Positions 38,296-53,713 are shown, numbered from the stretch's first letter. The stretch: DNA of 64,000 nucleotides from Geosiphon pyriformis uo1 (GCA_016748015.1 JAAOMT010000309.1:124001-188000), one strand, 5' to 3'. Translations and numbers: made by a program. The notes: a model not told the origin generated them from the letters alone.

Positions 38296-39700
38296 ATATT
38301 TTTTGCTTAGTAAGATTGTTTATTTTTTTATATTACACATGACAATTTTTCAGACTAATTTATTTATTTAAAAAATAATACAATAATCTTATTTTTAGAG
38401 AACAATTTATTAAGTCTTAATAAAATTATAACAACAAAACCAGAAAGTATTAACATATTTGCTTTTAAGCTGCTTAATTTATAAATAATAGCAGCAGAAA
38501 AATATATATTAACAAGTAATACACTAATACTTTTTTTTAAAAAAAACATTCAAATTTATATTAATATTAGCAACTAGTAATAAAACTTTTTATAGTTTTT
38601 ATAACAAATTAATCAAGTCTAATCCAAAAAAAATTAACTTTATTAAATACAAAATAATATAATAAATCTGTTTTAAAGTTTTTTCAAAGTCGAAACAAAC
38701 TGTTATATATTAAATTTTAAATAATACATGTTGTTTTACCAGTTTTTTTTAAAAAAATACCAAAATTATATGTAATTGTGTTTATAAGTAAAGTAAATAA
38801 TAAAGTTTTATAACAATTTTTTAACAATTATGCTGTTTAATCTAGATTAGCCTTGGCTATATATACAGAATTTTTATTAATTAAAATAAACTATTTAAAA
38901 ATAAATATTTAATATATAAAATTTTTTAACAAGTATTTTCACTTTTTTTTTAATAATCTTGGAATTAATTTAAATTTTGTTCAAATTAATAGTGCAATAG
39001 AAAAAAAATGTTATTTTTTTTATGTTAAATTCAGAGATTTAAAAAAAAACTATTTACTTTATTAATATTAATTTATTTTGTTTTATAAATATTTTTTTTA
39101 CTATTAATATTATAACTACTCTAATTAATAAAAAATTGCTTATTTTTTTGTTTATATTAACTTTTATGTTAGAAACTATTTAAAATCCTAGTTAAATTTA
39201 TATTAAATTTATTACTTAAATGTTTAATATTGATAATTAAAGTTTTTTGCCTTTGTCTAAGTATATTACTTATAAAATTATAAGAAAACTTCTTGCCAAC
39301 TTTTTTTAATCATACTATTACTAATAATAACTGTTAATTTCAAAATAAAAGAATTTATTTCTTATAAAATAATAAAAAATATAAGAGAAAAAAAAATATT
39401 TTTTTAAAATTTAAACATTTTATATTTTATAATATTATTTGTTTTTATATTTGTTAAAAACATTTAAAAGTTTATTTAAAAACCAATATTTTAAGAAAAA
39501 ATTATTTTCTTTAAAATTATTACTAATAAACCAGAAATAATTTTTTTTGTATTATATTATTGCTAATAATAACCATCAATTTTTAAATAACCAAAAATAT
39601 AACAAAAAAAACAAAAATTTTATTTTATTTATTAATTATTAATTATTAATTTTTATTTTTAATAATTTGTTATAAGTATTTAATAAAATTTCTGATATTA
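38296..39700 (-). mobile_element. Very decayed LINE 5' part (ORF1 and first codons of ORF2)
   Basis: Minus-strand KIVMCNIKKINNLTKQKNI corresponds to the APE motif I seen at 59160 (KIATYNVRGLNNSAKQHDV); inverted paralog at 39980-40250. Confidence 0.6.
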
Positions 39701-39930
39701 ATTTTGTAATATATTTTAAATAAAAAAAGTAAATTTGCAATATACATATAAAAATCAATTTATTTTATTTTATTATATAATTCAATATTAATATATATAT
39801 ATATTTTTTATTTGCAATTTTGTATTTTAATATGCTAATTTATTAATATTAATACTTTATAAAATAATTAATAGTATTTTTATCAATAAAATATGTAAAA
39901 TTATTAAAACNNNNNNNNNNNNNNNNNNNN

Positions 39931-40554
39931 TTCTATTTTTTTTCTTATTAATTCTTTTTTAAAACTATATTTATTAAAATATTAGTTGTAAATATTAATA
40001 TAAATTTGAATGTTTTTTTAAAAAAATTGTTAATATATTATTTGCTTATATTTATTTTTTGCTATTGTTATTTTTTAATTAAATAGCTTAAAAACAAATA
40101 TGTTAACACTTTTTGGCTTTGTTATTATAATTTTATTAAGATTTAGTAAATTATTTTTTAAGAATAAAACTATTATATTATTTTTAAATAAATAAGTCAG
40201 TTATATATAATATAAAAAAATAAACAATTTTGCCAAGCAAAAAGATATTATAAAATAACACAAAAAATAAACAATATGGTTTTTATTATTATTAAGTCAA
40301 TAATAAAAAATTGAATTAGGTTTTAAAATTAAAAATAAGTTTATTAATATATAAATTTTTACTTCTGGTTTAGAATCTAATTATTTAAAATTTAGTATTA
40401 TAATTATTAAAAATAATAATTTGGCTTAATATATTTACAAAATATTTAAGATAACTGATTATTTTTCGTTAATTAGGCTATTATTTAAAAAAAAAATTAG
40501 TTTTGATTTTGGATTTTTATTTTAATATTTTATTAATTATATGTTTAAATCAAG
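39931..40554 (+). mobile_element. Very decayed LINE ORF1/ORF2 junction and APE start
   Basis: Reverse-complement similarity to 38296-38575; continues into IFTSGLES-like APE sequence. Confidence 0.6.
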
Positions 40555-40910
40555 NNNNNNNNNNNNNNNNNNNNAAAATACAATTTTAAAAATTTAAATA
40601 ATATTAAATAGAATTAATTTAAGAATATTACTTTATTTAAGACAGTAATTTATTTGAAAATTTTTTTAAACACAAAAAAACTAAAAACTTAGATTAAATA
40701 TAAAGTATTATTTGATTATTAATATATTTATTAACTAAGATTGTTTTTAAAAAGTTATGATTTTAAGATTTGTTAATAATATTATAATTTTAAACTTCTA
40801 ATTTCTAAAATTACTAAAACAATATATTTGAAACCTAATATTAAGATTTTATTATTGTTAAAAATATAATTATGCTTTAATAATATTAAAATCATATTTG
40901 TTATAAATAT

Positions 40911-43900
40911 ATTGTTAAGTTTATTTTATTTAAAATTAAAAAATTATTATATTGTCAAACTTTGTAAATTCTAGTTTGTTTTAAATTAAATATAATTTAC
41001 ATACTTGCTATATATGACCAATTATTTAGCCAATTAAGACTATACTATATAATTATATTAATAAGAACTTCTTTATTTACACCAATAAAAAACAAATAAC
41101 CTATCTTTAAACCAAAACTAACAGCATAACTCTTTTTAATCTTCAACAACCAAGTAATATTACCTAAAATCTTAGCAAAAAGACTGTAAATAATATCAAA
41201 CAAGAAGTTATTTTTACTTAACAAAATTTTATAATCTATGTTTATTCAAAGTTTCAAATTAAACACTTAAATTCATTTTTTATAATCAATCACCAAGTTT
41301 TGAACAAACTTAATCAATTTAGCTGTGACTAAATTAGCATTTCTGAAAAAAGTTTTGGTTTCTTTCAATTAATTCTCAAACACAAATTTCTTGTACAAAA
41401 CTGTATACAAAATTTATATTAAAAACACATAAAACCAATAATTGAAGAACTGCAAACAAAACCAAAATTGTATTAATTAAAAACTTTTACATAAAAAAAT
41501 ACTTATTTAATAATTTCTGATGAGCAGACAAATTTAAGATGTAAATAAAACTATGATTTAAGAACTTTATCTCATTATAGCATATATACAATATGCTTAA
41601 ATAATCATAGTTATATAAGTACTTCTTGACAGTTATAAGCAATCTTTTATGTAGTGTTTTTATTAAGTAAATATACAAATTTACAGTTTATTTGTTTGTA
41701 TATCTAACAATTTTGTAAGAATCAAAATGCCAAACTAAAGTAATAAGCTTTTAATTAATATTATTAATACATAAAAAATTTATTATATTAAAACCAGGTC
41801 TAACTTCTTATTAAAAACGTTTTATAATATTAAGTATTATCAAATACCATCTTGTTATTAGCCAACAAAAACTTTTTTTTAATATTTATTGAAAAACAAG
41901 CTTTAAAAAAGGAGTTTGATTTGCCAATCTATTAGTATGCTTATTGTCTACTATTGTAAAATAGCTTTTTATCTTGGTTTAATTTACAAAAATGCTCTTA
42001 TTTTTAACCAAATTACTAATATAATAATGTTTAATCTAACACCTATTATAAAAATTAAGTATTTTTAATTTCAATTTATTTTAACACACATTTATAGAAG
42101 CTTAATTATTAGAAAAAATTATAATATTAGAAAAAACCAAAACACATTCAAGAGCCAATACAATAATTTACATCTCAACCAAAGTCAAAGAAAACAAACC
42201 ATAGATCTTTATTTCTATACTTAAACTCAAATCAAAAAAATAAGCAACAGTATTATTAATTATATTAAAAGAGCTAAAGTTTTTAATAGAACTATTAATT
42301 TAAATTAAGATTTCAGACAAAAAAATATCTTTTAAATTAGAACAGACAACACTAAAATTACATATATTAGATATACTTATTTTAAAACAATGTCTAAAAG
42401 CAAACAGAAGATTACAAGCCAGACTATTATCCTTAACAAATTCTAAAATCTGTATAAACTAAAAGAAAGTCGGACTTTTAAGATCCAACTGCTTTTAACA
42501 ACAAAAATTTTCCCAAGAAAAGCATTTTCCATAACTGTTTAAAAACTAGTCTACAAAAATTATGCCAAAATACTTGAAAGACTTATAAACTCAAAAATAT
42601 TTTATCTGTTTTAAAATACTCATAACAAGAATTCTATTTTTAAGACAAAAAGCATTAAACAAATTATTGGCCAAAAAACTATTATTATGCAAAAAAATTT
42701 AAGTAATACTAATCAAAAAATTGTTTATTAAATTAACTTTTAACCTAACAGAAAACTAAATTAAGTTCTAAAAAATCTATTCCAATACTTACAAATTCAG
42801 CAACCTATATCTAAAAAGCTAACCAAAAATACCACTAGTATTAACAAAATTCAAAACTAATGTCATCTTTTTTTCTATTTAAACTTGATTAAAAAGCTTT
42901 AAATTGTACAAAAATAAATAGTACACAATCTTATTAGAAAAGTTATTTAGCAAATTAGTCTTGAATTTTAGCTTTTACAATTAAAACAGAAGACTTACTT
43001 ATATTTAAAGAAATACTATTAGATCTTAAATTTATTAAAATGGCTATTGTTTTGTTTATATTTATTAAAATATTTATAATATCAAAAAACTTGTTAGTAA
43101 TGCCCAAAATTTTTTGCATTACTGTATAATAGTTGTCAATTTAAATTGTATTATTTACAAAAATATTAGTAACCAAATAAGAGATTAAATCTGTATTAAA
43201 TTTAATTGTATTAGTTTTAGTAACAAATTTAGAATTTATATAGTACTTAAAAAATAAATTGTGCTTTTTACTTTACATAAAGAAAAGTCATAAAAAATTT
43301 TCAAAAAAGAAGTAAAAAAACTTTATTTTGATTTAGCTTATTATAAATTCCATAACTATCAGATAAACTAAAGTATGTTATTATCTTATTTTTATGGTCA
43401 TTGTAAATATACCCAAAAACTTAATAAATTTGTTACACATTTTGATTTTTTTCAAAGTGTCTTCAATAACAAATCTAATAACAAAAATAGAAAACCAAAT
43501 TAAAGTGTTTTTTAAAACCAAAAAATTATTTTTATATAAAATATTGTACTTATTACAGATCTTAAATATTTAATTAAACAGAATTTTTTTTGTAGTTTCA
43601 ATAAGAACAATTGGTCTGGTATTTGTTAAAACATTTTTCTATTCATAAGACTTTAAAATCATCAATACTTAAGTTTCTTTTTAGGCATTAAAAACCAATT
43701 TTGTTACTAAACACAAATTAAATAAACACAAAAAATGATCCAAAACATGTCTATTATAATGCTTTTACATTTTATTAAAAATACCAAACAGTTTATTAGC
43801 TTTACTATTAGAAAGATTCTTAACCATCAAAAAAAATTCATTAAAACCAATATGCTTTATAATATCTAAAAATGTTTTATTTTTGACATAATCAAAAGAC

Positions 43901-46378
43901 ATAAATTGTTTTTACCAATAAAAAAAAAGAACATTTTTAATAGCATGTTTTCTGGTACAGTTTTCTATAATTAAATTAATTTTATACTTGATTAAACTGG
44001 GTTTTAAAATCAGATTACTACCATTAACCAAATAATCTAATATAATCTTTCTAAAAAATTTTTTTTGTACACTTCTTATTATTTAATTTTTATTAATGGC
44101 AAAAGCTTTAATATATCTAGTAATGCCAGTTTTAATACAAAAACCCTTAGTAGCTTTAGATTTTAATATCTTACAAGATTTATAAACTTTTTAAAACAAG
44201 TCAATAATTATTTAATTAAGACTCTACTGTAATTATTATTAAAAAAATTTTTAAATTCAATTATTTGGCCAAAATTTAATTTAATTTACTTATTAACCAA
44301 AGTTTGAATTATTTCTAAATCTTTTAATTTATATGCCTTTAAAATTTTTAACATCAGTAATTCTAATTTATAAAACTTAGTAAATATAATATATTTGATT
44401 ACACTATTATTTTGGTATTATGTTTTTAAAAGAGCAGTATTAGTAGCAAAATATATCATCTAACTAAGCAGTGTTTATATTCTGTTAATGTTAATTTTTT
44501 TTTAACATTTCTTAAAATTATTGGTGACAACTAAAATAACAGTCAACAACTGATTTCCAAATCTCTTTCAGATTTTTTTATTAATACCACAGATCTTATA
44601 TTTTTATTTATTTTAAACAGCTTGCTTGCATATTAAAATAAATTAAGAATTAAAAAGTTTTTTCAAGCCAATATCTACCAATATAATCATATAATTAGTA
44701 TTAAAAAACACATTTGAATAATAAATTCTAAAAACTGTTACTAATTAAAATAAAGTCTATATATTTACTAATTTTTTTAGAATTAAATTATATAGGTAAT
44801 TTGTATAATAAAAAATTACTAAAAGAGTTATACAAACTCATATCCAAAAATTTTTTGAAACTTGTATTATAACTAGAATTATTTTTATTGAAATTTCTAC
44901 TGAGAACTCCAAAAGCACTATTATTTAAAACTTCAGCTATTATTAATTGACTTTATGAAACTAAGCTAATTTTTTTTCTAGAATAGCTTTAACATATAAA
45001 CCTAAAATAAAAACCAAAAAACAATTTTTAAACAATAAATATATTGATAAAAACCAATCATATCTTTGAAACTTTGTATATATATTTAGCAATATTAATA
45101 TTGATTATTATGGCCATATTAAAATCCAAATAATTAAAATTATCACTTAAAATAAAGATTTTAATTCCATTAAATTTGTTTATTATTCAAAAATTAATCT
45201 AACTTCTTAGTTTTATTTTCATAATAATAAATATAAAATTGTCTTTATTTTTATATCAATAAACAATATTTTTTTGTTTGGTAGGATTGTTCATTTTCTT
45301 CATATTGTTTATAGCAAATTTTTAAATATAATTAATTATTAAGATAAAAATAACATTAAAAAATCTAAGCCAGTATACAACTAATTCAATCTTACTAAAA
45401 CCAAATCAACTAAAATCTTAAAAACCATTATTTTTAATTTTAAGCCACCTATCTTGGTGGTTAAAACCTTTAAGCTACTAAAACTGAAATCCAAATTTCT
45501 GTTTTTTGTTGTTAAAAAAAGAAAAAAAGAAAACAATAATAGATTATTTAAAACCATATCTAAATTCAATTTCAAAACTAATAATATAAAAATAGCTGAA
45601 AAAAGATATTAATAAGTAATTGCCAGAAGTACCAAATCTATATTGCTCAGCTTTCACATTATAATAGACACTTGATTAACCAAAAGCTTTAAAAAACAAT
45701 TCAAAAAAGCTAACTGATTACTAATTACAAACATATCTTAAAAACTAAAAACCACTTTGTTAGAAGATAAAGCACCAAAAAAAGAAAGTTCAGTAACAGA
45801 AACAAAATAAACATTAATAAAAACAGTCTTTAGAAACACTATTTGCATCCAAAACTTGCTACCAAATATAGCAAATCAGAAAATAGACACATTTTTTTTT
45901 ATATAGAAGTAAGCAAACTAAATATAATTTTGGTTTAAAATAAATTTCTTATAAATTTTTTTTGAATCAAAACAGAGAAACTTGAAAAGTTACACACAAA
46001 AAAAAATGTTTAAGATATCTACCATTTTTTATAGCATATCAAATTTAACCTAGTCCAAAAAAGTCTTATACTACTAAATATTGGCTTTATTTAAAAAACA
46101 TACTTCATATTCTGATTAAACTTAAAACCAACTACAATACAATAAATCTTATTGTCTATTTTAAATAATTAATTTATAATGCAAGTTTTTCTACCAGCCC
46201 TTTTTAACAAAGTATTCAGATTATATGTAGTTGTTTTTACAAAAAGTGTAAATAGAAAAGTCTTATACTGATTTTTAAACATTTATATATTTTAATTAGT
46301 TATAGTTTTAGCTATTTATACTGGATTTTTTTTAATTAAGAACAACTATTTAACTACTAACCAATTTTTTTAACCCAA
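40911..46378 (-). mobile_element. Old AT-decayed LINE (contiguous copy), host of LINE copy B
   Basis: 3' tail remnant ~40990-41047, ORF2 remnants in the expected order, ORF1 C-terminus at 45381-46360; 5' part resumes at 53193. Confidence 0.85.
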
Positions 46379-49300
46379 TTTTTTTTTTATTAATTAATTT
46401 AACAAGCAAAGTCCAAACACTGCCTAGTGACAATACATCAAAATAATAATCTATATTAGGTGTGAATTATGCTTTTCCTATATGTGACTAGCCACTCAAG
46501 CCAGCCAGGACTATACTATACACCTATGTATACAGAAATCAAATTATCTATACCTGAAAAAAACTGACAGAAATTACGCAATCCAAAACTAACACCAAAT
46601 GCATCATCAATACCAAACAACTTAATTACATAGACTGAAAGCATTGACATGCTACTAGAAACTGAGACAGAAATCAAACCATTGTGAGGGATTAAACCAT
46701 ATTTCTTTATAAAAACACAATGTTTGGAACAGACCAGCCAAATATTATTTCTAAAAGACAAGCACAAACCATAAACAAACTCAACCACCTTATCAGATGC
46801 AGTTTTAGAGTTATCAAAGCAGGAAACAGTCTCCTAATATCAAAACATGAGCACAAAATCTTTGCACAGTGAAGCAACCAGTTCCAAATCAGTCAAACAA
46901 TTGGATAACATTTGTAATACATATGAGAAGGCATGGGATAGACCAGAAATAGCTCTCCAAGCAAAAGCAAAATCAATAAACAATTGAAGCCAAGCAGTTG
47001 CATCAAATACACAAGAAAAAACATGGTCCAACACTTCGACATTACCACAATACAGACACATCACACTGGGGTAATATTTATTGTAGAGGTGTTTGTGAAC
47101 AACAACAGACAGTCTATGATGTAAAGCTTTTATAAAATAAGAATGAAAGCCAGCAGAATGGCAACTTGTAAAGCCAGCAGCCATGTGGGAATCAAAATGT
47201 CAAACAAGAGACAATTTAAACCAATCAATATCTATAAACAGACAACTGTCCACAATTTTGGCACCAGAGCCTAATTCCTAGCATGCATAATGGATAGACT
47301 AAAAAACATTATGAACAAAGTGTCTAGAGTTTCCAGAAACAATACTGCTATTAATCAAAACAAAACATTTTTTGAGCTGAAGATGAAGGAGCCAACCTGA
47401 ATAAGAAGAGATACCAGCAAGCAAGTCAGCCCAATCATTATCCAAAACACTTGAGTGTCTTTTAATCTTATACCAACCAACATTCAAATTCCTTTTACAT
47501 ATGATGCCAGCAATGTGTCAATGTTTAATTTAACATTTGTTCCAAAAATCCGGAGCCAACAACAATAATTCAGCTTTACACACATCCAAAGCAGCTTGGC
47601 TGTCAGAGAATAGATGGACTGAACTCGAACTAGGCACACACTTAAGGGCCAACACAATGGCTTGAAGCTCTGCCAATGTAAAAGACACTATGCCAGTTAC
47701 CTTTATTCCAAGACCTAAGTTAATGTCTTCAAAGAATGCAGCAGCACTAGCTTTCATATTAACACTCTCCAAGTTACAAAGAGAACCATTTATGTACACA
47801 GAAAAGCCAAAGACACTAATGCCAGACAATTAATCACACACTGACTTAAATTTATAAGATTCAAGAATGTTCTTTGCAGTAGCATCATTCAAAGAAAATG
47901 AACAGACATCAAAAGAACCAGAATCATAGAGATATCAAATGGCAATAACAAATCAGACAGGAACAGGACCATGTAGATTAAGTCTCTGCCACTACTTGAA
48001 AGTCTTTCAGTTGAAGGCAGCACCATTCCAGCACTGAAGCTGTTCAACAAAAGCAATTCCATAATGACAAAGAGAAGGAAAACACCTAAAATACATTGAC
48101 TCACCAAAGATACCAGATAAAGAAGTTCTACACCAGAAGCAAAAAGCATTACACATAAGATTGCCCAAAAATAAACCAGAACCAAAAAAAACCCGAACCA
48201 CACCTGTCAAGAAGTTGTTCAAAAGATTAACACTAATGTGAACTGAAGAACACAAGGGATGCACAGGACACCAACTCAAGACCTGTAAGTCATGTGACCT
48301 ATGCATAAACAATTGGCCCAAAATTCTAACAGAGTTAGTGAAGCATACCACAGCAGCAATCTTGTCTTCAGCTTGGATCTGCTCAAAAGTCTTTAAGCCA
48401 TAAAATGAAGAGTGGTGCAAGACATTGTTAGAAAAGTCTAAGAGCAGATCCAATTTCAATTTTAAGCTCTTCCAAATTAAAACATACCACTTTTGGCACA
48501 CACTAACAGAAACAAAGCTAAATTGGATCTTATAATCAACAATAGAATAAAGAACTGCCAAAACCAAGTAAGAGAACTGTTTGTCCAAAATTGCTTTCCT
48601 CAGAACAAGATTGGCAAAAAACTGAACATCCAAATGTGCTTTAGCCAAGCTAGATTTAGATAATCCATTAGAAGAAAAAAAATATCCAGATATCAATAAG
48701 ACACCTCCTTTTTGGTGATGGAAATAGGAGCACCACTAACAGATAAAAAAGGAGCCACCACTTTGCAATTAATTGAGATCACTACAGTTTTGTTGTTGTT
48801 GATCAAGATATCATTCATTTTGAAAAATTCACTAACAACATTGAGAATGTGTTGTGTAGCCATTTAACTAAAACCAACCCATATAATATTATCAACAAAT
48901 ACACCTGCAGCAAGAAAAAAGGTCAAACTATCTTGGGGATTTATGTGACCAGTCTTGGCAACATAATGCAAATTCAGCCTATAGCTATACACTGCTTCTT
49001 GTCTTTTTATCTTACACAGCAAAATGTCATAAAAAATATGGCAAAAGAGAGATAAAAACACTTTTCTCTAATCCAAGCCATCATGAACACTATAACCATT
49101 AGTCAACCCAAAATTGGTCATTACTCTATTCATGTGGTCATTATAAATACTCCCAAAAAATTTTATGAATCTACTGCATATTTTGATTTTGACCAAACTT
49201 TTCTTCAAATATTCCCAACCAACCGAGTTGTATGCTTTCCTCATGTCTTGCAAAACTAACCAAAGTTCACAATTCTTTTCTAAAGCATCTTCTATTACTA

Positions 49301-52300
49301 AACCAATAGCAAAAATAGGAGACTGTATTGTCATACCTTTAAGAATTGAGAAATTGTCACCACAAAAACGTTATATTTACTACATACCACAAAGATCTTA
49401 TCAAAGAAAATCTTAGAAAAAAATTTATGGGCAGTTTCAATCAATACTATGGATTAAGTGTTTGTAAAAACTTCTTTCCAGTTATAAGGTTTAGAAATCA
49501 TAGACACCCAAGTCTCCTTCCAAGGACCTGGAACAGATTCACAAATCAAACAAGAATTTAAAAGCACCAAAAGTGAATTTAAAACAAACTTGTCACAATG
49601 TTTCCATAGCTCATTTGTAATACCAAAAAGGCTGGCAGCTTTATTATCAAACAAACTTAAAACCACACCAAGAAATTTTTTCACCTCAATTGGGTACATA
49701 AATTCGAAAAGGCATCATCAAAGACATATTCTAAGAGTTGAAATTGGCAATGCCATTTATCTGAAACATCATCAACTACCATATGCTTTCTGGTCCAGTC
49801 CTCCATAATTCTATCAACATGAAATTTAACCAAACCAGGCTCTAAAATAAGATTCTTATTTACAATCAGGTAATTCAATATAACTTTGCAAAATGGCTGC
49901 TCAAGTACACTTCTAATAGTTTGGCTCTTATTCAATTCAAAGTTTTTCATTCTTTTGTTAATTACTAGTCTGGTTTGAGAGTCTTTAGCATGTTACAATT
50001 CTATTATCTTAAGGAAATGATAAGACTTTCTAACTTTTGCCAAAGCTGATCTAATAGCATCAAAATGAGATCTCAAAAGAAAAAAAGATTTGATAACAGA
50101 AGCATTAACAGAGTCCAAAGATACCCAAACATCTAACAAGAAGACAAACTCATTAGATGACACAGAACATAAAGCCTTCACCAACTTAGAAACCAAAAGT
50201 TTCAATCTATGATAGTAAGAAAAACACTTGGTAAAACCACCATCAAAATTTTTAGACCAGGTTTTCAAGAAAACTTTATTTACTGAGAAACAATTGGCTT
50301 TGCAAACAATACTCCACATGCCATCTAGATAAGACAAATGATGAGAATTAGTAAACTCATCAGAAAACATAATAAAATTATCATGAGATACAGTCCTATA
50401 CTGCTTCTATTTAATTCTATCAGCATTTTTGACATTAAATTTCTACTTGTTTTTATTGGCTTGAACACAAATAGTCCTTAAAACAGGATCCAAAATTTCA
50501 CCAAGACCAATTGTAATTTGAACAGAACTATGATCAGTGCTAAAAAACTCATCCACATCCACAACATGCTCATTTACTAAAGCATTACTCAAACTTTGTA
50601 AAACAAAAATGTAATTAATAGTTCTCTCAACACTCCTGAAATTCCTTCAAGTAGAAGCCTTAATGTAAAAACTATTAACCAATGCATTGACTAGACTTAG
50701 ATTTATATACTTACTAAAGCTAAAGCTACGTTTGTTCCTATCCTCATTGAAATTACTACCTAAAATAACAAAAATACTCTTATTACAGGCTTTGGCTATA
50801 AAAGAATTGATGAGACCAGTCTGAATTATACACTTATCCAAAGAAGCCTCCATATATAAATCCAATACAGAAACAAATTGTTTGTTTTTGAATAGCAAAC
50901 AGACCATCAAAAGTCTACCAAGAATCTCAGAAATTTTTGAAACATGTTTGGCTAAATTTTTATTCATGATTAAAGTGATGCCTACACCTAAAAACCCAGC
51001 ATCCAGACCTAAAGTAAATATCTTCACACCAGGAAACTTATTTGCAATCCAAAACTTGATACTGAAGTGAAGCTTAATCTCAATAACTATTGAAATGTCA
51101 TTATTCGAAACTGTGTGCCATCTAATAATATCATTCTGCTTGACAAGAACATTCATATCTTTAATATTACAAGTAGCAATTTTCCAAGCTAAACTACTTA
51201 TTAGTAAAGGGAAAGAGTTACCATACCACTGCCAAAACCAAAAAAATCCAATTTATTTAATATCACCTTAACTGAATTCTCTAAAACTGCCAGGTTAGCC
51301 TCCAGGCCACCTATTTTCACAGTTAAAACACAAAAACCACTTGAAGAAATGTTCTGGAAGACAACAGTGACCACACTAGACACAGGAAGAACGAACAATA
51401 AAGTGTCAACAATTATGTTCAGCACTGGGTTATGTTTAGGGGTGGGTGGAACAGTAAAACTTGCTGATAAAACAGCCAGCAATCTGTCCAGTTTATGTGA
51501 AATGTTGGCCACTTGGTCAGACACATTCTCAAGTGAATACTTAAAGACACTAACATTTAAAGCCAGAATCATAACTGCAAGCATCAAACTATCAACTGAA
51601 TCTATGCTCAAATTGTTCTTAATGAATGGTATAAAATACAAATTTTTAGAGGAGCCACTTACCACAGAAGCCCAAGTCATACCACCAAAGAAAACTGGAC
51701 AAGACATGGGAGCTTGTTTTTTGGCATAAATAAGCACAAGGCATCTCTTATCCAAATCAAAACAAAGTTTATTTTTTGAAACCCTGCCCAAAGTTTTTTT
51801 TACCACTGCCACATTTAGAAAAAACATGATCAAAATTACCATATGTGGCACACTTAGAAGAAGACAGACTAGCCCAGACAAGGTTGACACTCTTAAATAT
51901 TGGTATAAAGTAGATAGCAGTCTTTTTGGCAACTTTAGTATTAAAACATATGACAGCACAATGGGCTTATGCATAAGATACCGAGTTCTTAGAAATATAG
52001 CAAGTCTTTTCACCATATGACTAGACCAGATCTGAGAAATCATGGGCAGTTGTGCCCATCAGCAGAGTATATAGGAGAGCATGATAGCTGTCTCTTAAAT
52101 CTCATGTTTGTTTGTTGGCATTGGTTTTGGCAATATGTACTGAGTCTTTACCCAGCAAGATTAACCATTTGGATACAAACAAGTTAGCAACCTAAAAACT
52201 CTCAAACTTCACCAGCACTTTCTGCCAGAGACCAATCAGCTGCATTTTGATTGAAAAAATTTTTCCATACTTGACCAAAGCTGACTCAATTACTGATTTG

Positions 52301-53192
52301 GGCAGATTAACCAAAATCTCTTTAATAATAATTTTCTAATCTGATTATATATTAATCTTCTTTAGATTAGTGTTGACAACAAAATTCTTAGACACAGCCA
52401 ACTGTTTAGCCAAAGCAAAACTGGATTTAGACGTAAAAGATGCCCTAATGATGCCTGGAAATTTTAATAAAGTTGATACATCTCTGAAACTGTTAATTTT
52501 GTAGAATAACTTCCTAACACCCTTAAGTTTGTTATGTAGAGTACTTCTGGGAACAGCCAACAGACCAATGTTGAGTACAAAAAATTTGGTCAGTTCAAAG
52601 CAAAGTCTTTTCTTAACAGAAGCAACTGAACAAAGAGGGGATTTCAAAAGAACAGGGGGAAGTAAGTTCATGTCAACGTTGTCAATGATAGAGCCAAAAT
52701 TACAGAAACTTAAAGATGAGGCCTTTACTGCACCAGAGTTGAAGCATTTAGCCTTTGGGGTGTTGGTACAAGAGTTCAGTGGCTCATCACTCTTACTGTT
52801 AGCACTGTAGTCCAAGTTTTTGCCTATTTTGTGCCCTAACTTTTCATCTGAAGAAGTATTCATGTTCTTATACTGGCCAGGATCGCTTGCAGATACTTTG
52901 AAAGACAAATCAGCTTCATCACCTGAGTGTTTAACTTTTCCAAGTGAAACCTTTAATTTCTGTCTTAGACTATTATTCACAGAGCTTGTAATGGTATCTC
53001 TGGCCAATTTTTTTGTGAACATAGCATTGACAACATCAGATACTAAAAGGACAACAAAAAGATTAGTAAGTTGAGAAATTGTAAAAACCAAGCAAAAATA
53101 AAAGATAAGAACAGATATAAAAAACAAAAACTTCTTCAAAAAATGCATTATTTCAGGAATTTAGAATGTAGGAAAAAAAAAAGTTTTTTTTT
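46379..53192 (-). mobile_element. Full-length decayed LINE, copy B (~6.8 kb)
   Basis: Poly(A) at 46379-46388, 3' UTR, ORF2 ~51200 to 46516 (APE ILGSNFNED, KAYNSVGW, FVDN, VYINGS, FSDSQ, CLYCG..DHVFSC), ORF1 pieces 52345-53148 and 51201-52043. Confidence 0.95.
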
Positions 53193-53693
53193 AATATTTA
53201 ATCCAATTTGGCAAATTCTACTATAGTTTTTTACTACAACTTAATTAATTATAATTTAATAAACACAATTTAACCAAATTTGACTACTGTAGTAATAATT
53301 ATTTTTTTTAGCATATCTATAAATTTTTTTTGATTATTACAGCTTAATTTAAATGTATTTCTTGTTTTTTAAAATTATTATTTATAATAAATATCTTTTT
53401 TTTAGCCAATAATACAGCTTTTTTTATGTTTTTTTCTGTATAAATATTGATCTAATAATTTTTTTAAATTTTGAGAAAGTAGTAGTCTTCTAAAACCATT
53501 GATTATTGAAAAAATTTTCTTGATTACCTGAGTTTTTACTGTTACTAACTTGTTTTTTACAGCTAAAAGATTAATATTTAAAGCAAAAAATTTCTTAATA
53601 ACTATTTCAACTTGAATTTTTATTATCTTAAAGTTAATTTATTTTTGTCTAATGAAATATTAGAAGAAGATAAAAAAGAACCAATTTTTTTTT
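53193..53693 (-). mobile_element. 5' continuation of the old LINE ORF1
   Basis: Near-identical to 32216-32716. Confidence 0.75.
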
Positions 53694-53713
53694 NNNNNNN
53701 NNNNNNNNNNNNN

